From Macrostomum hystrix (taxonomy: Eukaryota; Animalia; Platyhelminthes): a DNA stretch of 64,000 nt. Position numbers and translations under genes: made by a program. The stretch spans positions 2,914,001 through 2,978,000 of the forward strand of contig CATNEN010000008.1 of the NCBI GenBank assembly GCA_950097015.1, given 5' to 3'. Position 1 is the stretch's first letter. Each line of letters opens with the position of its first letter. This document shows positions 24,735-38,700 of this stretch, piece by piece. The notes beneath the pieces were generated by a model. The model did no database searches. It saw nothing but the letters and a program-made list of their open reading frames with translations, and was not told the origin of the DNA.

Positions 24735-26289
24735 TAGGACGTAGATGAACGGCAGATGGAGACTGAGAAACATGTGTTTACTGTTTATGCTCACAGTTGG
24801 GTTGGGGACCCCTGCCAAACGCGCAATGAAACTCAAACGAGTTTCGCATACTTAACCTAGGCTGTTTGTTCCTCTTTGTTTTTTTTATTAGTCAGCTTGT
24901 TTTGTTATCAGAAATGATTATTTGAAGAGTTTTCGAATGTTTCCTGCTGTCTTTGAACTTAAAATATACTCCTACGGTTGTGGATGTTCATTTTTCTGTC
25001 TTGGCAAATGCAGAAAAGATTTAAGAAGGCCCATTTAAAATCTATGTATAGACACTAGATGTCAAATCATTGTTTGTTTGTATAAAAGCTTTATCTCCCA
25101 AATGGCTTAACCGATTTTCTTCTTTTCTTCGCCGAAAGATGTCAAATGGGCCAGAATCGGTACACGTATTTTATTAAGCTAAACTTCATTGCTATTGATT
25201 GAATATTTGAAAAAACTGTTTTAGATAGGCTTTTCTAATGCATTTTTCAGCTTATAGGGAGGCCACACAGAGGGTGGCGTAACTGTAAGGGAGCTATTTT
25301 TATGCTAATTGGCGCTGCGGTGCATCAAGGGAGAGGTATTGAATAAAAAAATATGACCATAATGTCTAACGGCTTGCATATAAGTGTATAGTGAGAAAAC
25401 GTGTTGTCATAGCATTGTTTTGTTTTAAAACACTTGTCATACATACGAGCATATATTTATATTAATGGCTAAACACCAAAAACATTGTACAACCAGCGCT
25501 GGAAGATAATTGGATTAAAAAACTGGACAGGTAATAAGTAATTCGGACTCAGCAATCATCTACTACAAAGTAGCAGAAAGCGTTTATGATAGGGAATAAA
25601 GGTTGCCAATAAATATAACTGGCTCTCAAAACAATTGGACACGAATTAGATTTGCTGTAGGACAACATTCAACGTAGCTATCAAGATTTTATTTTAAAAA
25701 ATCATCACTCCTTACTCTTTCCATGGTTTACCACAATATAGTGATAGAGGATGACAAGTAGGAACAGGGACATGCTGAGAAAGTTGGCAAAAAGAGCCAG
25801 TTGAATGTCAGTGATCATGTTGGCAGGCAGGTGCTGAAAGCTTGTTGCTGAAATAATTAAAGTTTGATTTAGTGGTTACTTAGTGCAAGGGATGCTTGTG
25901 TGAACAATAATAGCTAAAACCACAAAATCAGACTAGTAAAACAGCTAGACAATTACATAGGGCCTACCTCAATAGCTAGATTTATAGCTCTAGAATCTAG
26001 CATGCTTTTGGTCATATACTGTTCAGTGGCAGATCAAGGATTTTTTAAATATAGAATAGTCAGTAATATGCACTGCTACACAGGTAATTATTCATATTAT
26101 GACATAGGTAAAAGTGTTTCTATGTAATGTCTTCTCACTGTCTCATATCCCTCCCTATGTGATCCCACCCTTGTGTTATTCCTCCTTTGCTCACATGTAC
26201 CTTATTAATATGACCCATTGTACTCTCTTGGATTCTATTTTCTGTCTCTGAGGCAAATAACTTTGACTCTTGCTTGTCTAAGAATTTTA

Positions 26290-27927
26290 CAGTGTTGGGC
26301 AACTTCCGTTCCTCCGTTCCTCCGTTACTACCGGAAGTTACGTTTTTTAGAAGCGTTACTACCGGAAGTTACTTTTTTTGTTAGGTAACGGACTTGGTAA
26401 CGGAATGGACTTTTTGTGAGTCCGTTACTTCTATTACAAGTGGCTTGTTTACCCCAATTACCCGTTTGTATAAATTTCCTATTTGTCATTGTTTATAGGT
26501 TTTTTTACTATCTCTTTAGTCATTTATTAGTATTTTTGTGACTTTTTACATTTTAATTGTATATTTTGTTTATCTGTTGACTGAATTCAATTTTTTTTCG
26601 TTTCTCGTTCGATTGTTCCTTTGAATCCTTTTCTCGACTCTGACCTTTGTAACTCACTCTGGTTACCTTACCTCGAATCTGCGAATTAACCCAAATTTTA
26701 AGAATTTGCACACTGATGGCATCGTCATCGACGTCCCCAACGCCAAACCCCTGGGGACATTTGGTTCCCTTTTTTGAGCTACAGCAGGAAAAGAGCAGCA
26801 GCAGCGCTACCCAGTCTAATGGAGTGCTTGCTGGCGTCAGGCTTCCACCCCCGATTCCGTCTGACGTGGCTGAAGTGCTTCGACGCGACGAAGTGTCAGA
26901 GAGTACAGCAGGCCATGGTGAATGCTGTGAGGAGCGAACTGGAACTAGCGATGGCAAGTCAGGTCGAAGTGGTGGGAGATGGAGCCGACGGCAGCAGCCT
27001 CTCCAGCGGGAATGGCGATGGCAGTGACGACCTTCTAAGCCACGTCAGTCAGCCGCAAAAGCCCCACAGCCACAAGGAGGAGAACTCCAGGATGAAGGCA
27101 AAGATTATAATCCGCGATTGGCTCGACGGCGTCTGGAAGCCAGAAGTTGGGGTCTCCGACCTGGCTTTCAAAAATACGCCAGTGATTAAAGACCTCTTCG
27201 TCCGCTACAACACAGCTGTGCCGTCCAGCGCTGCCGTTGAGCGTGCTTTCTCAATGGCAAAAGATGTGCTGCGAGCGAAGCGTGCACCCCTCGCAGACAG
27301 GACTCTCACGCGTCTGCTGCTGCTGCGGGGAAACAGTCATCTAACATCTTAATCAGTTAATCTATTTAATATTTTATAGACTTGGTACTTACTTGGACTG
27401 TTTTTTGCCAGTTGGACTCTTTGCCAGTTGGAAGTTTTTTGCCTGCTTTTTTGTGTTTTTGCTATTAGCTTAAACTTCATAAGTCAAAGACTCAAAGTGG
27501 ATTTCAAATGCCTCGCAGCTAAAATGGCAATCCTGCATTCTCATTCGTTAAATTATTTTCAGGAAAGACACTTGTTAAAAGTTAAAACTTAAGTCAAAAG
27601 TTCTCGTTACTTTCCTGGAAATTAATTTATTCAAACAACAAATATGCAAGATTGCTACTGATATAATTTTGTTACTGGTTAAAAATGTATAGTGAGTTAG
27701 TGATTATAAGGGGTTATAACGCATTTTATTTAGAATATAAAGATATGTCCATATATAGTACAACTGAAATAACGTACAAATAAAAAAGTAACGGACTTAC
27801 AGTAACGGAGTACCGGAAGTTACTTTTTGTTAAAGCGTTACAGTAACTTTTACCGGAAGTTACTTTCTTTGGTAACGGAAGTTACTGTAATGGAAGTTAC
27901 TTTTTTTGAGTAACTTGCCCAACACTG
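26290..27927 (+). mobile_element. Internally deleted (non-autonomous) hAT DNA transposon, 1638 bp
   Basis: 13-bp perfect TIR CAGTGTTGGGCAA / TTGCCCAACACTG. Perfect 8-bp TSD GAATTTTA (26282-26289 and 27928-27935). Subterminal CCGTTAC/GTAACGG and TACCGGAAGTTAC repeats at both ends. Carries a transposase C-terminal fragment. Confidence 0.93.
26774..27352 (+). pseudogene. hAT transposase C-terminal fragment (dimerisation domain)
   Basis: FVRYNTAVPSSAAVERAFS...R..L motif typical of the hAT C-terminal dimerisation domain. The BED finger and most of the catalytic core are absent. Confidence 0.85.
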
Positions 27928-30894
27928 GAATTTTATAATATAATTCTATCAATAGTAAACTACCAGATTCTTTCTAGGCCTATAGCATGTAATAGGGAAA
28001 AGTGAATATAAAAATTTTCTACATAGCTATTCATAATAGCTTCTTAGTTGATAATCTACATGGTCAGTGACACTTACTTGCCAAATAGGTAAATCAGTAG
28101 CAAAATAAAGATAAAATACTTTGTGATAGTACAAAATTAGGCTTCCATAATCTTTCTTTATCAGTGCATTAATCAAATAGTTTCTTTTATTTTATTTACT
28201 ATTTATAGATTTTCTTTTCTTCATCTATTTCAATTTAACATTTGTTTAAATTGTAAGTTTTCATACATAAATGGTTTCAAAATATAATTAGGCCCTAGTG
28301 TTCTTGCATTCCCCAAGTCATGCTCCCATTTGCCATTCTCTCTTTTGTCCCATTGCCATTGCTTCCATAGCATTTTCTTGTGTCAGACTGTCAGTGCATG
28401 CTCCTTGCTGCTCTTAGATGTGCCTTACCAATAACGCTTAACCAATAACAATAACTCAAGTTATTTACAAAAATGTAAGTGCTACCTCTACACTGTTTCT
28501 GCCTGACTCTACTTGGCTGTTATTTGTGTCAGCTAATGGGCCATCTAAAATGTCTCAAAATGATAGTTTGAAAATTAAGCATTGAAACAATTAATAGAGG
28601 AGAAACACAAAACACAAATAATTAACAAATAAAGCAATACATGTTTTATAACATTTCTTAGATTCAACTATTAAATATTTGTGAATGCCTAGGCCAACTT
28701 CATTTAAATAAAAAATCCAAATGTTGTACAAATAGTGACATAACTATTATAATTTATTGACTAATGTAATGCTAATGTAATTCGCTACCTAGACTAACTA
28801 AATATGCCACCCAGAAATTATTACTAAATATATAAAATACATTCTCAAAGAATAATTTAAAGAAAGCCCTACAACAACTTTGGTGGCACTGTGAGAATAG
28901 AAAGTTAGAATATTAAATTACCCCTGTAACAAATGCGATAGCAACCTGTGTTCCACACACGAGATGCAATATTTATTACACTCCAATTTATTTAGTATTT
29001 AGTATTTATATTATCGCGTGATTCAGTATTCGCTTATTACACGAAAGATTGTATTTTATTACTACTATCGAACGCGCGCACCAATGGGGTGCTGATTTTT
29101 TATATAAAAAACAAAAAACGTTGTAAGCTAGATAGAAAGAAAAATAGACTCGCTTGGAAAAACTAGCTTTCATGCGTGCGCACTCATTAACTTTGTGAGC
29201 TCAGATTCGAGAGCTATCTAATGCAAATTTAAAATTTAGAATCATAAAATAAAAACAAATGCTAACGAACCATGCACATGCTAGCCACGTGTAGTCTTTT
29301 GTTTCCTTTTTAGCTAGCTAGGCAGTTTGAATAAACTTATGCTGTTATTGTATTCGCACAGATGACAAGATAGACTTCGCTTACCTATATTTACGCAATA
29401 AAGCACCACTACAACTTGTACAACTTGTACACCACTAGCACTGCATACACTGTGCAAGGACGACTCGAGTATCGTATATACGTACTTATGTATCACATAT
29501 CTTCTTACGTAGTCCTCGACAATGTGGATAATAGCGTACTTATCATTCAAGGTCAACATCATAAAACGCTCTTTATGTGTTGAGCCACAATCTGATCGAC
29601 GGTTGTTTCAAGGTTTATTTCTGCCACCCTACTTTTGATACAACCGTGTAAGCATAATATACGAAAGCTTGATTTCGACATAAAGTAGTAAAAAGATATA
29701 AAAGAATAAATAACAAATTCAAAAGAAATTAACTTAGTCCATACAATCGCATCTGCAGTCATTAATCATTCAGATGGTTAATTTTTGTAGCAAAATGTTT
29801 ATTGTCACTTACATTCGCTATTTTGCTTACCTTCAGAATTATTTCGCAACGCATTTCGCCACTAATTGCTAGTTCTGTGTATTTTGTGCACTAGTTCGCA
29901 TGTATTTTACAGCATATGGAAATATTTGCGGTACCTCGACTGTTGCATGCATTATCCTTCGCTTCCTACAATTACTACTCTGAACGGTCATGAGAGCAAG
30001 TTACTATCAGCAACAACTTAAGTAGATGTATATGTAGATAAGGAGATAAATAGATAGATAATAAATAGATAAGTAGATATATATGTTACTTAAGTAGTCC
30101 TTGGTTACTATTGTTTCACAGAAAAAAATTATTTGTTACACAGACACTCGATCGTATCACGGCAACGTAAAACTTAAACGAGCCTTTCAGATCGAGGACC
30201 GGTAATTTATGCACATTTATGAATTTTCGAGCGTCAAATGTCATTTATCGAATTGTTTACCATACTGATATTGGAACAATACAATACAATTGATGGCTTA
30301 TACGCTCTTATTATGGTGATTTTTAACTCGGAATTTAAAGCCATGCCTACGTCTGAAAGAAATACTGGAGAGCTGAGCCAGAGGTAGTTACTACTGTTAT
30401 GAAAGTAGTCTAAAATTTCACTCCATCAGTCAGCTAGATAGCAGCTCTCTTCTGTATGGGCTCTCAATCTCATTGCTGGGGCGTGCTCCTAAACCACAAT
30501 GAACTACAATTTGCAGCTCTTGGCTGGCACAGCCTGATGAGACCGTGCTTAAGTACCTTAGCACGCATGGGCCCTAGCTATGATCTCGGTTTCGGTGGTC
30601 AATGCAGCAGCATCCATGGAGACCAAGCATCAGGAGAGGTAAACCATCCCAAAACTACCTTTCGAGACCGTCAGGAACAGTCCAGTCTGTCAGTCAGCGA
30701 GAGAAAAACGGTGTTCAGTCAGCAAAAGCACACAAATAAAATAGACCTGCAATAGTAGGTTCCATCAGCAGTATGACAAGAAATAAAAGGGGGCGACGGT
30801 TAGCTTTCACACAAGTAGCAAGCTAGTCATTTTACAAATTTTAGACATTTTCTACAAGTCAGCAAATCTTCGAAGGCACTACTGTACACAGAAG

Positions 30895-31052
30895 ATTTCC
30901 GTCAACAGTAGAAAATTCCTTCAACAGTAGAAAATTCCTTCAACAGTAGAAAATTCCGTCAACAGTAGAAAATTCAGTCAACAGTAGAAAATTCAGTCAA
31001 CAGTAGAAAATTCCGTCAACAGTAGAAAATTCCGTCAACAGTAGAAAATTCA
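30895..31052. repeat. 19-bp minisatellite (TCAACAGTAGAAAATTCCG)
   Basis: About 8 tandem copies. Confidence 0.9.
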
Positions 31053-32712
31053 TTATCTGCTTGCACAGAGCTAAATATCTGGACAGCCTGCAACATGATG
31101 TCGACTCAACAGTGCCTGCTGGACATACGAGCTATATCCCACCAATGCGAGACAGAGAAATCACGAAGCGGCATAAACTAAAATATATGAGTTATATTTT
31201 CTGGCACAATGCACCAGTGCGAGCACTCAATACATACAGCTTATCTGGGTACATCAGCTGTGCCCCAGTTTGGGAATGTAGAGCGAATTTCTAATTACGG
31301 CTCGTACAATGTCTGGCGAGGATAACAGATATCCGAATCCAAATGTACTGGGACAATTGACTCCTGGTACGTGTATCTTGAGTCGGACCAGGTGGCTTTG
31401 CCTCGCGCCCTGGAGTACTTTAGTCCTACTGCTTCCGAGCGAACTGTGGCTGTGAAAAAATTAAATTTTTACTTGAGGATGTGAAATTTGTAATTAAAAA
31501 TTAAAGCCACGAGTACTAGGACTTGGAATATTGAGTTTTTGGGTTACGAAATGTTGGGCATTAGACTTTTGTGGGAAGTGAAATGCTCATGTTTATATAA
31601 CTATAATTTCTTCACAATCCAATAAGCCTCCAATTAAAGGCGAGAAGCAGTTTCTTGCCAGTCAATGCGATCCAGTGATTACATTTGCTCTCTCATTTCC
31701 TAATGCATCTATTGGCCCGAAGTGAAGAGGCTGATGAAAAGTGCACGCACACCCGATCGAGAGCAGTAGACGCCGATTCCGGCTAGCTGGACTGCGTATA
31801 TATGGCTCTCTGGGAAGCCCGAAAGCTGACACTTTAGCTCAGACTGTCGAGACGGTTCCTCCAGCCAACATAGCAGCTGCCGCTCTGACAAAAGCGGATG
31901 AAGGTCAGTATTTTTTTATTTTAGCTCCAGCACTGTAAGAGGCAGGGCTGCGTCGTGTCAACAGGGCAGCGAGTATCAAAGAGAATATCAAATGCTGAGT
32001 CGACAATCAGCCATTCTTTCATCGCCTGAGCATATAAATTATCTTAATTATGGCAGCGTTGCAAAGTTTTGCTCGCAGACAGGCAGGCAAAGCAGGTGAC
32101 AGCTAAAAGACGAAGCTTGTTAGACCGTGCGTGCTCTCTTTCCCGTTAGTCTTTTGCCGTTACTAGCGTCCTCTTTACTCTTGTTCTATCTTCATCAACC
32201 ATCTAATCGTGTACTGTACCTCTTAACTCCCCATGCTCTGCAGACTTCACATTGCCTCGCTGCCTCAACCCCATTTCTTGCAGTGCTTCTTCAGTGAAAG
32301 TGCACTGTCGCGTTAAAGACTTCTTGCAGCAGAAGTCTGATTGAACCTGAGTTCTGAGCCGGGTTAATTGATGCCTCCCGTGACTAATTAAGCATTGAAA
32401 ATGACTTATTGCCTAGCTGCAAGCAAGGCTACACTACACTACAGCTAACATCCGTGATCTCATACGAATTGCTCCAATCACCGACCTTGAAGACAATACT
32501 TTTCATCCAGCCAATGGGATTTCTGTAAGCAGAGCTTTTCTTCTGTGGGAAAACTGGAGCGCCCGACCACGGAGACTGCTTCGATTCCGTTTGTCCTCAA
32601 CGACAGCCAATAAAAGAGCATTTCTAGATGCAGCAAACAAAGCAGCTCTAAAATAAGGCCTGCGAGCTCCGACTTGTCTCGGTTGAGTCCTTCCCTACCT
32701 TGGTTTCTGAGC

Positions 32713-35700
32713 ATGGCCAACACTACCAACGAGTCCTGGGGCAACCTCACCATTGAATCCGTGGACTCAACTGGCAGGCAGCTGGGCAGCGGGACTGTCA
32801 GCCGGGTGTTCCTGGGGCTGCTGCTCAGCACCGTGAGCCTGGCCACCTGCCTGGGCAACGCCCTGGTGCTGCACGCCGTGCGTACTGAGAAGCGACTGCA
32901 GACGGTGAGGACTTTACTGCTCAACCCACTATAGTATTAAACCCCACTATCCCCATGTCACTCCCAAACTCAAACAGAAAACGCAAGGTTCAAGGCTGGC
33001 ACTCTAGTTTTTGGTCCCTTGTTGCATTGTTTAGTTTGTGGAGTGACAGTGAAAATACTAGAGTGCCAGTAGAGACAATGGAGTGCCAGTAGAGACAATG
33101 GAGTGAGAGTAGAGACAATGGAGTGGCAGTAGAGACAGTGGAGTGACAGTAGAGACAATGGAGTGACAGTAGAGACAATGGAGTGAGAGTAGAGACAATG
33201 GAGTGAGAGTAGAGACAATGGAGTGGCAGTAGAGACAGTGGAGTGACAGTAGAGACAATGGAGTGACAGTAGAGACAATGGAGTGAGAGTAGAGACAATG
33301 GAGTGAGAGTAGAGACAATGGAGTTACAGTAGAGACAGTGGAGTGCCATTAGAGTCAGTGGAGTGCCAGTGGAGACAGCGGAGTGCCAGTAGAGACAGTG
33401 GAGTGCCATTAGAGTCAGTGGAGTGCCAGTGGAGACAGTGGAGTGCCAGTAGAGACAGTGGAGTGCCAGTGGAGACAGTGGAGTGCCAGTAGAGACAGTG
33501 GAGTGCCAGTGGAGACCGTTTAAAATGCACTTTAGAAATCATGGTACTGGCCTCAACCGCTTACTGATTTGCCAGCTTAAATTCTCAAATAGGACCAATT
33601 CAGCCCTCATGTTCAGCGGACCAGATTTTCCCTCTAACAGTTATTTATCAAAAGGCAGTCATTTCTCCCAGCCATTTAGAAAGAGTTAATTTGCGGCCAA
33701 ATGTGTTACGCATGCTAGTACTAATCATATCATGCTCTTTCTAATCATATCTGCCACTAATAATAGATCGGTGGCAAGCTAGCAGAGAATAGGTTTTTTG
33801 GAAACCCTGAGCAGTGCTTGAGCATACGTGCGCTTCCAAACAATTACCAACAATTAGTCACCCACCGTCGGAGTAGGTCGATAGGCCCCGGGTATGCAGT
33901 GGATTAACAATGCCACTCGCTTGCGTCAAAGCTTCTCAGTAAACATGCAGTTGAAGCTTATTGCAATGCTAGCTATTGTTAAGTAAGACAAGAGACTAGC
34001 AGCAATTGCTGTGTAACGAAAAAATCCCACTCACTTTTATCCAAGTTGTTTACTTTTTTGACCATAGACAGTAGGTTGGCCGCAATAATTTTTGTAGTTT
34101 GATTTTCTAATTCTAAAAATAGCATAGAAAATTCGATGAATCTTTGGTCGACGGCTCCGGAGATGCAACTTCGATTAGAACACGTCGCCAGAAACAGTTT
34201 CAGAGGCTCAAATTTCCAACCAGTGGTCGATTGGAACAGACTAAACCAGAAGGAATTGGGATAGGGGGGGAGAAAATCGCGGAACATTTCTTCGCGGAAA
34301 ATTAATAATAATTTACTTGACTGAAAGAAGTAGTGAACTCGAAGCTAAAACAGTGGATTTCACTTTATTCATATAGGCATACATTTAGTAAGACATTTTG
34401 CGATAATTTGCGAGTGAGAAATTTCTCTTTCGATTTACACCTGTCTGCCGCTTCAGTGTGTGACACATTATTGAATAGCTGCTCCACTCTGTCATCAGTG
34501 TCACTCTGCAGTTGAAACCAGGCGAAAATATGCAATTTCCTGCTAAGCTTCCTGAGTCCCGGCATCACCTGGCTTGTAGGCTCAGATAACAATGCTACTG
34601 GGTTCTGGGCACCAACCTACTCGTTTATGACATGGGAGTTAATGCCTAAGGCGAGATTGACATTGGTGAGCTTCAAGTTTTCCAAAAATTAAGAGAAATA
34701 AAATCATTCCAGGTGTGCAATATGTTCATCGTATCGCTGGCTGTTGCTGATCTGATTGTCGGCACCTTCGTCATGCCGATATCCGCCATCTACGTGCTGT
34801 CTGACAACTGGTGAGTGCCTGACTGGGAGATTCACTGTCAGACTGATTGCAGTCACTGTCAGACTGATTGCAGTCACTGTCAGACTGATTGCAGGCACTG
34901 TCAGACTGATGATTGCAGTCACTGTCAGACTGATTGCATTCACTGTCAGACTGATTGCATTCACTGTCAGACTGATTGCATTCACTGTCAGACTGATTGC
35001 AGGCACTGTCAGACTGATTGCATTCACTGTCAGACTGATTGCATTCACTGTCAGACTGATTGCATTCACTGTCAGACTGATTGCAGTCACTGTCAGACTG
35101 ATTGCAGTCACTGTCAGACTGATTGCATTCACTGTCAGACTGATTGCAGTCACTGTCAGACTGATTGCAGTCACTGTCAGACTGATTGCAGTCACTGTCA
35201 GACTGATTGCATTCACTGTCAGACTGATTGCATTCACTGTCAGACTGATTGCAGTCACTGTCAGACTGATTGCATTCACTGTCAGACTGATTGCATTCAC
35301 TGTCAGACTGATTGCATTCACTGTCAGACTGATTGCAGTCACTGTCAGACTGATTGCATTCACTGTCAGACTGATTGCAGTCACTGTCAGACTGATTGCA
35401 TTCACTGTCAGACTGATTGCATTCACTGTCAGACTGATTGCATTCACTGTCAGACTGATTGCATTCACTGTCAGACTGATTGCAGTCACTGTCAGACTGA
35501 TTGCAGTCACTGTCAGACTGATTGCATTCACTGTCAGACTGACGGCAGTCACTGTCAGACTGATGGCAGTCACTGTCAGACTGATTGCAGTCACTGTCAG
35601 ACTGATTGCAGTCACTGTCAGACTGATTGCAGTCACTGTCAGACTGATTGCAGTCACTGTCAGACTGATTCCAGTCACTGTCAGACTGATTGCATTCACT

Positions 35701-38700
35701 GTCAGACTGATTGCATTCACTGTCAGACTGATTGAATTCACTGTCAGACTGATTGCAGTCACTGTCAGACTGATTGCATTCACTGTCAGACTGATTGCAT
35801 TCACTGTCAGACTGATTGCAGTCACTGTCAGACTGATTGCAGTCACTGTCAGACTGATTGCATTCACTGTCAGACTGATTGAATTCACTGTCAGACTGAT
35901 TGCATTCACTGTCAGACTGATTGCAGGCACTGTCAGACTGATTGCAGTCACTGTCAGACTGATTGCATTCACTGTCAGACTGATGGCAGTCACTGCCAGA
36001 CTGATGGCAGTCACTGTCAGACTGATTGCAGTCACTGTCAGACTGATTGCATTCACTGTCAGACTGATTGCAGTCACTGTCAGACTGATTGCATTCACTG
36101 TCAGACTGATTGCAGGCACTGTCAGACTGATTGCAGTCACTGTCAGACTGATTGCATTCACTGCTAGACTGATGGCAGTCACTGCCAGACTGATGGCAGT
36201 CACTGCCAGACTGATGGCAGTCACTGTCAGACTGATTGCAGTCACTGTCAGACTGATTGCATTCACTGTCAGACTGATTGCAGTCACTGTCAGACTGATT
36301 GCATTCACTGTCAGACTGATTGCAGTCACTGTCAGACTGATTGCATTCACTGTCAGACTGATTGCAGTCACTGTCAGACTGATTGCATTCACTGTCAGAC
36401 TGATTGCATTCACTGTCAGACTGATTGCATTCACTGTCAGACTGATTGCATTCACTGTCAGACTGATTGCAGTCACTGTCAGACTTATTGCATTCACTGT
36501 CAGACTGATTGCATTCACTGTCAGACTGATTGCATTCACTGTCAGACTGATTGCAGTCACTGTCAGACTGATTGCATTCACTGTCAGACTGATTGCATTC
36601 ACTGTCAGGCTGATTGCATTCACTGTCAGACTGATTGCATTCACTGTCAGGCTCAGTTTTGAGCCGAATGCAAGTCAAGAGATTTTTGTCAGCTCACAAG
36701 AAAGTCTTCTTTTACCTTTAAAGTGTTACAGTTTATGTTGCTAAGTTGCTAAGTGCAAAAGGTGAAAAAAGAAGCCATTAAAAGGTGTTGCTGCCTAGTC
36801 TATCAGGAAGCAGAAGACTAACTTTCCGAAAATAGCTTTTAAAAGAACCTGCTCCACCTAGACGTTAGTCCTCAAGCCATGCTCAAACTTTAAAACGACC
36901 CGCACTTTGTCTTACTATTTAAAAATATTCGCTGCTTCCTCATTCAAATGTTCTGTTTTCGGAAAGACCTCTCATGGCTATGCAAACATTCTTGTTGTTA
37001 TTGAGAGAAGACTGACTAAAACTTTAGATATGGGGAATAACTAACTTGTACTTGTATAAACTCAGTTCAGGAAAACAAATGTTCGGTTCATATTTCTATC
37101 CCGTTACAAGTACGAGCGTAATTCTCAATACTTTTCTTGACGTCTCTTTTGAATCTACGTGTAGATATTGTATTTTTCTCCTTCAAGACGTCCAATCCTT
37201 CATTGCCAGTCTCGCCGTCTCGCCGTACCCGCAGGCGCTTCGGCAGAACCCTGTGCCAGCTTTGGCTAGCCGTTGACTTCACAGCGAGCACGGCGTCCAT
37301 ACTGAATCTGCTGATCCTGAGCTTGGACCGCTACTGGTCTGTGTCCAACCCGTTGCTTTATCTGCACAAGCGCACCAAAACTAGAGCTCGACTAATGATC
37401 TTCCTGGTTTGGCTGACGTCCGCCCTGTGGATTATTCCCATCTTTGGCTGGCACAAGTTTGCGAATGGCGGGGTGAGTGATGCTCCACTGCGACTTGAAA
37501 CCTAATTTTAGATTGAGTGAGTTGAAATGAGCTGCACTTCGAGGCGTCATCGGGGTGAGCAACTCATCGAGGTGTCATCGGGGTGAGCACACTTCGAGGC
37601 GTCACCGGGGTGAGCACACTTCGAGGCGTCATCGGGGTGAACAACTCTTAGAGGCGTGCGTCACCGGGGTGAGCATGTGAGCATCACAGCAGCGGCAATG
37701 GAAAGAAGGTTCATAATCAGATATTCTGAATGCCTCCAATTATATATTTCTCTGCTCAGAAATTTGAGGTAACTGAAAAGCTCTCAACGTGGGTTAGAGT
37801 AGCCAAGATATTTTCCGATCGCCAAACTGAGAGCGGCCGGGCATCGGTTATCTCCGAATATGAAGATGAAGATATTGCTACCAACAGAATGGGGTATCCC
37901 AGTCTCACAATCCCGTCACGAGCCGTGGCTAATGTTCGAGCTAACTGCCGTTGCACTTTTGTAAATTGATTGCCCCAAGTAACGGCTACCTACCGCCCCA
38001 CAAGGGGCCTTGGCCGGTCCCATTTCCGGCACTCTAAGCCGGCTCTGCATCCCATTGGGAGGTTGGTGGCGAGGAAATTGCTGTGAGGCGAGTAACTCTC
38101 TGGCTCTTGGTTGACAGTGCCAAGTGTAACTGCGCCAAACTGAAAGCGGGCTCAATGCTGTAAGGTCTCGAGCTCGACACCCAGAATCTTGAGCAGTGGC
38201 GAGTTCGAATATTCAGGAAACAATGCTACTCGAAAAGCACTCAAGAAGCTGAGATGTTTTTTGAATTCATTAAAATCTGTGTTTTTTTGTGGGAGAAAGA
38301 CCAACTTTGAGACTAAATTTTTCTGAATTAATTAAGACAGATTTTCAGAACTCCAGCTTTTTTAAGACCAGGAAGTCACGGGCCGCCTGTTCAGGCTGAG
38401 GTTCACTGCTTAATTGAGTCAGTAGGCTGTTAAGAAAAAAGTTAAAACTATTTTTTTTCCTGCTAAAGTAAGCTCAAAAAGTTTTTTTGCGTCAGGGGCA
38501 CCTTTCAAAGGGTTTCTAGTACTAAAAACGTGTGCCAGTAGAGTCAGTGGAGTGCCAGTAGAGTCAGTGGAGTGCCAGTAGAGTCAGTGGAGTGCCAGTA
38601 GAGTCAGTGGAGTGCCAGTAGAGTCAGTGGAGTGCCAGTAGAGACAGTGGAGTGCCAGTAGAGTCAGTGGAGTGCCAGTAGAGTCAGTGGAGTGCCAGTA

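Noticed and set aside
34704-36744. 600+ aa ORFs on both strands
   Set aside because: They are the 21-bp intronic minisatellite between two clear GPCR exons.
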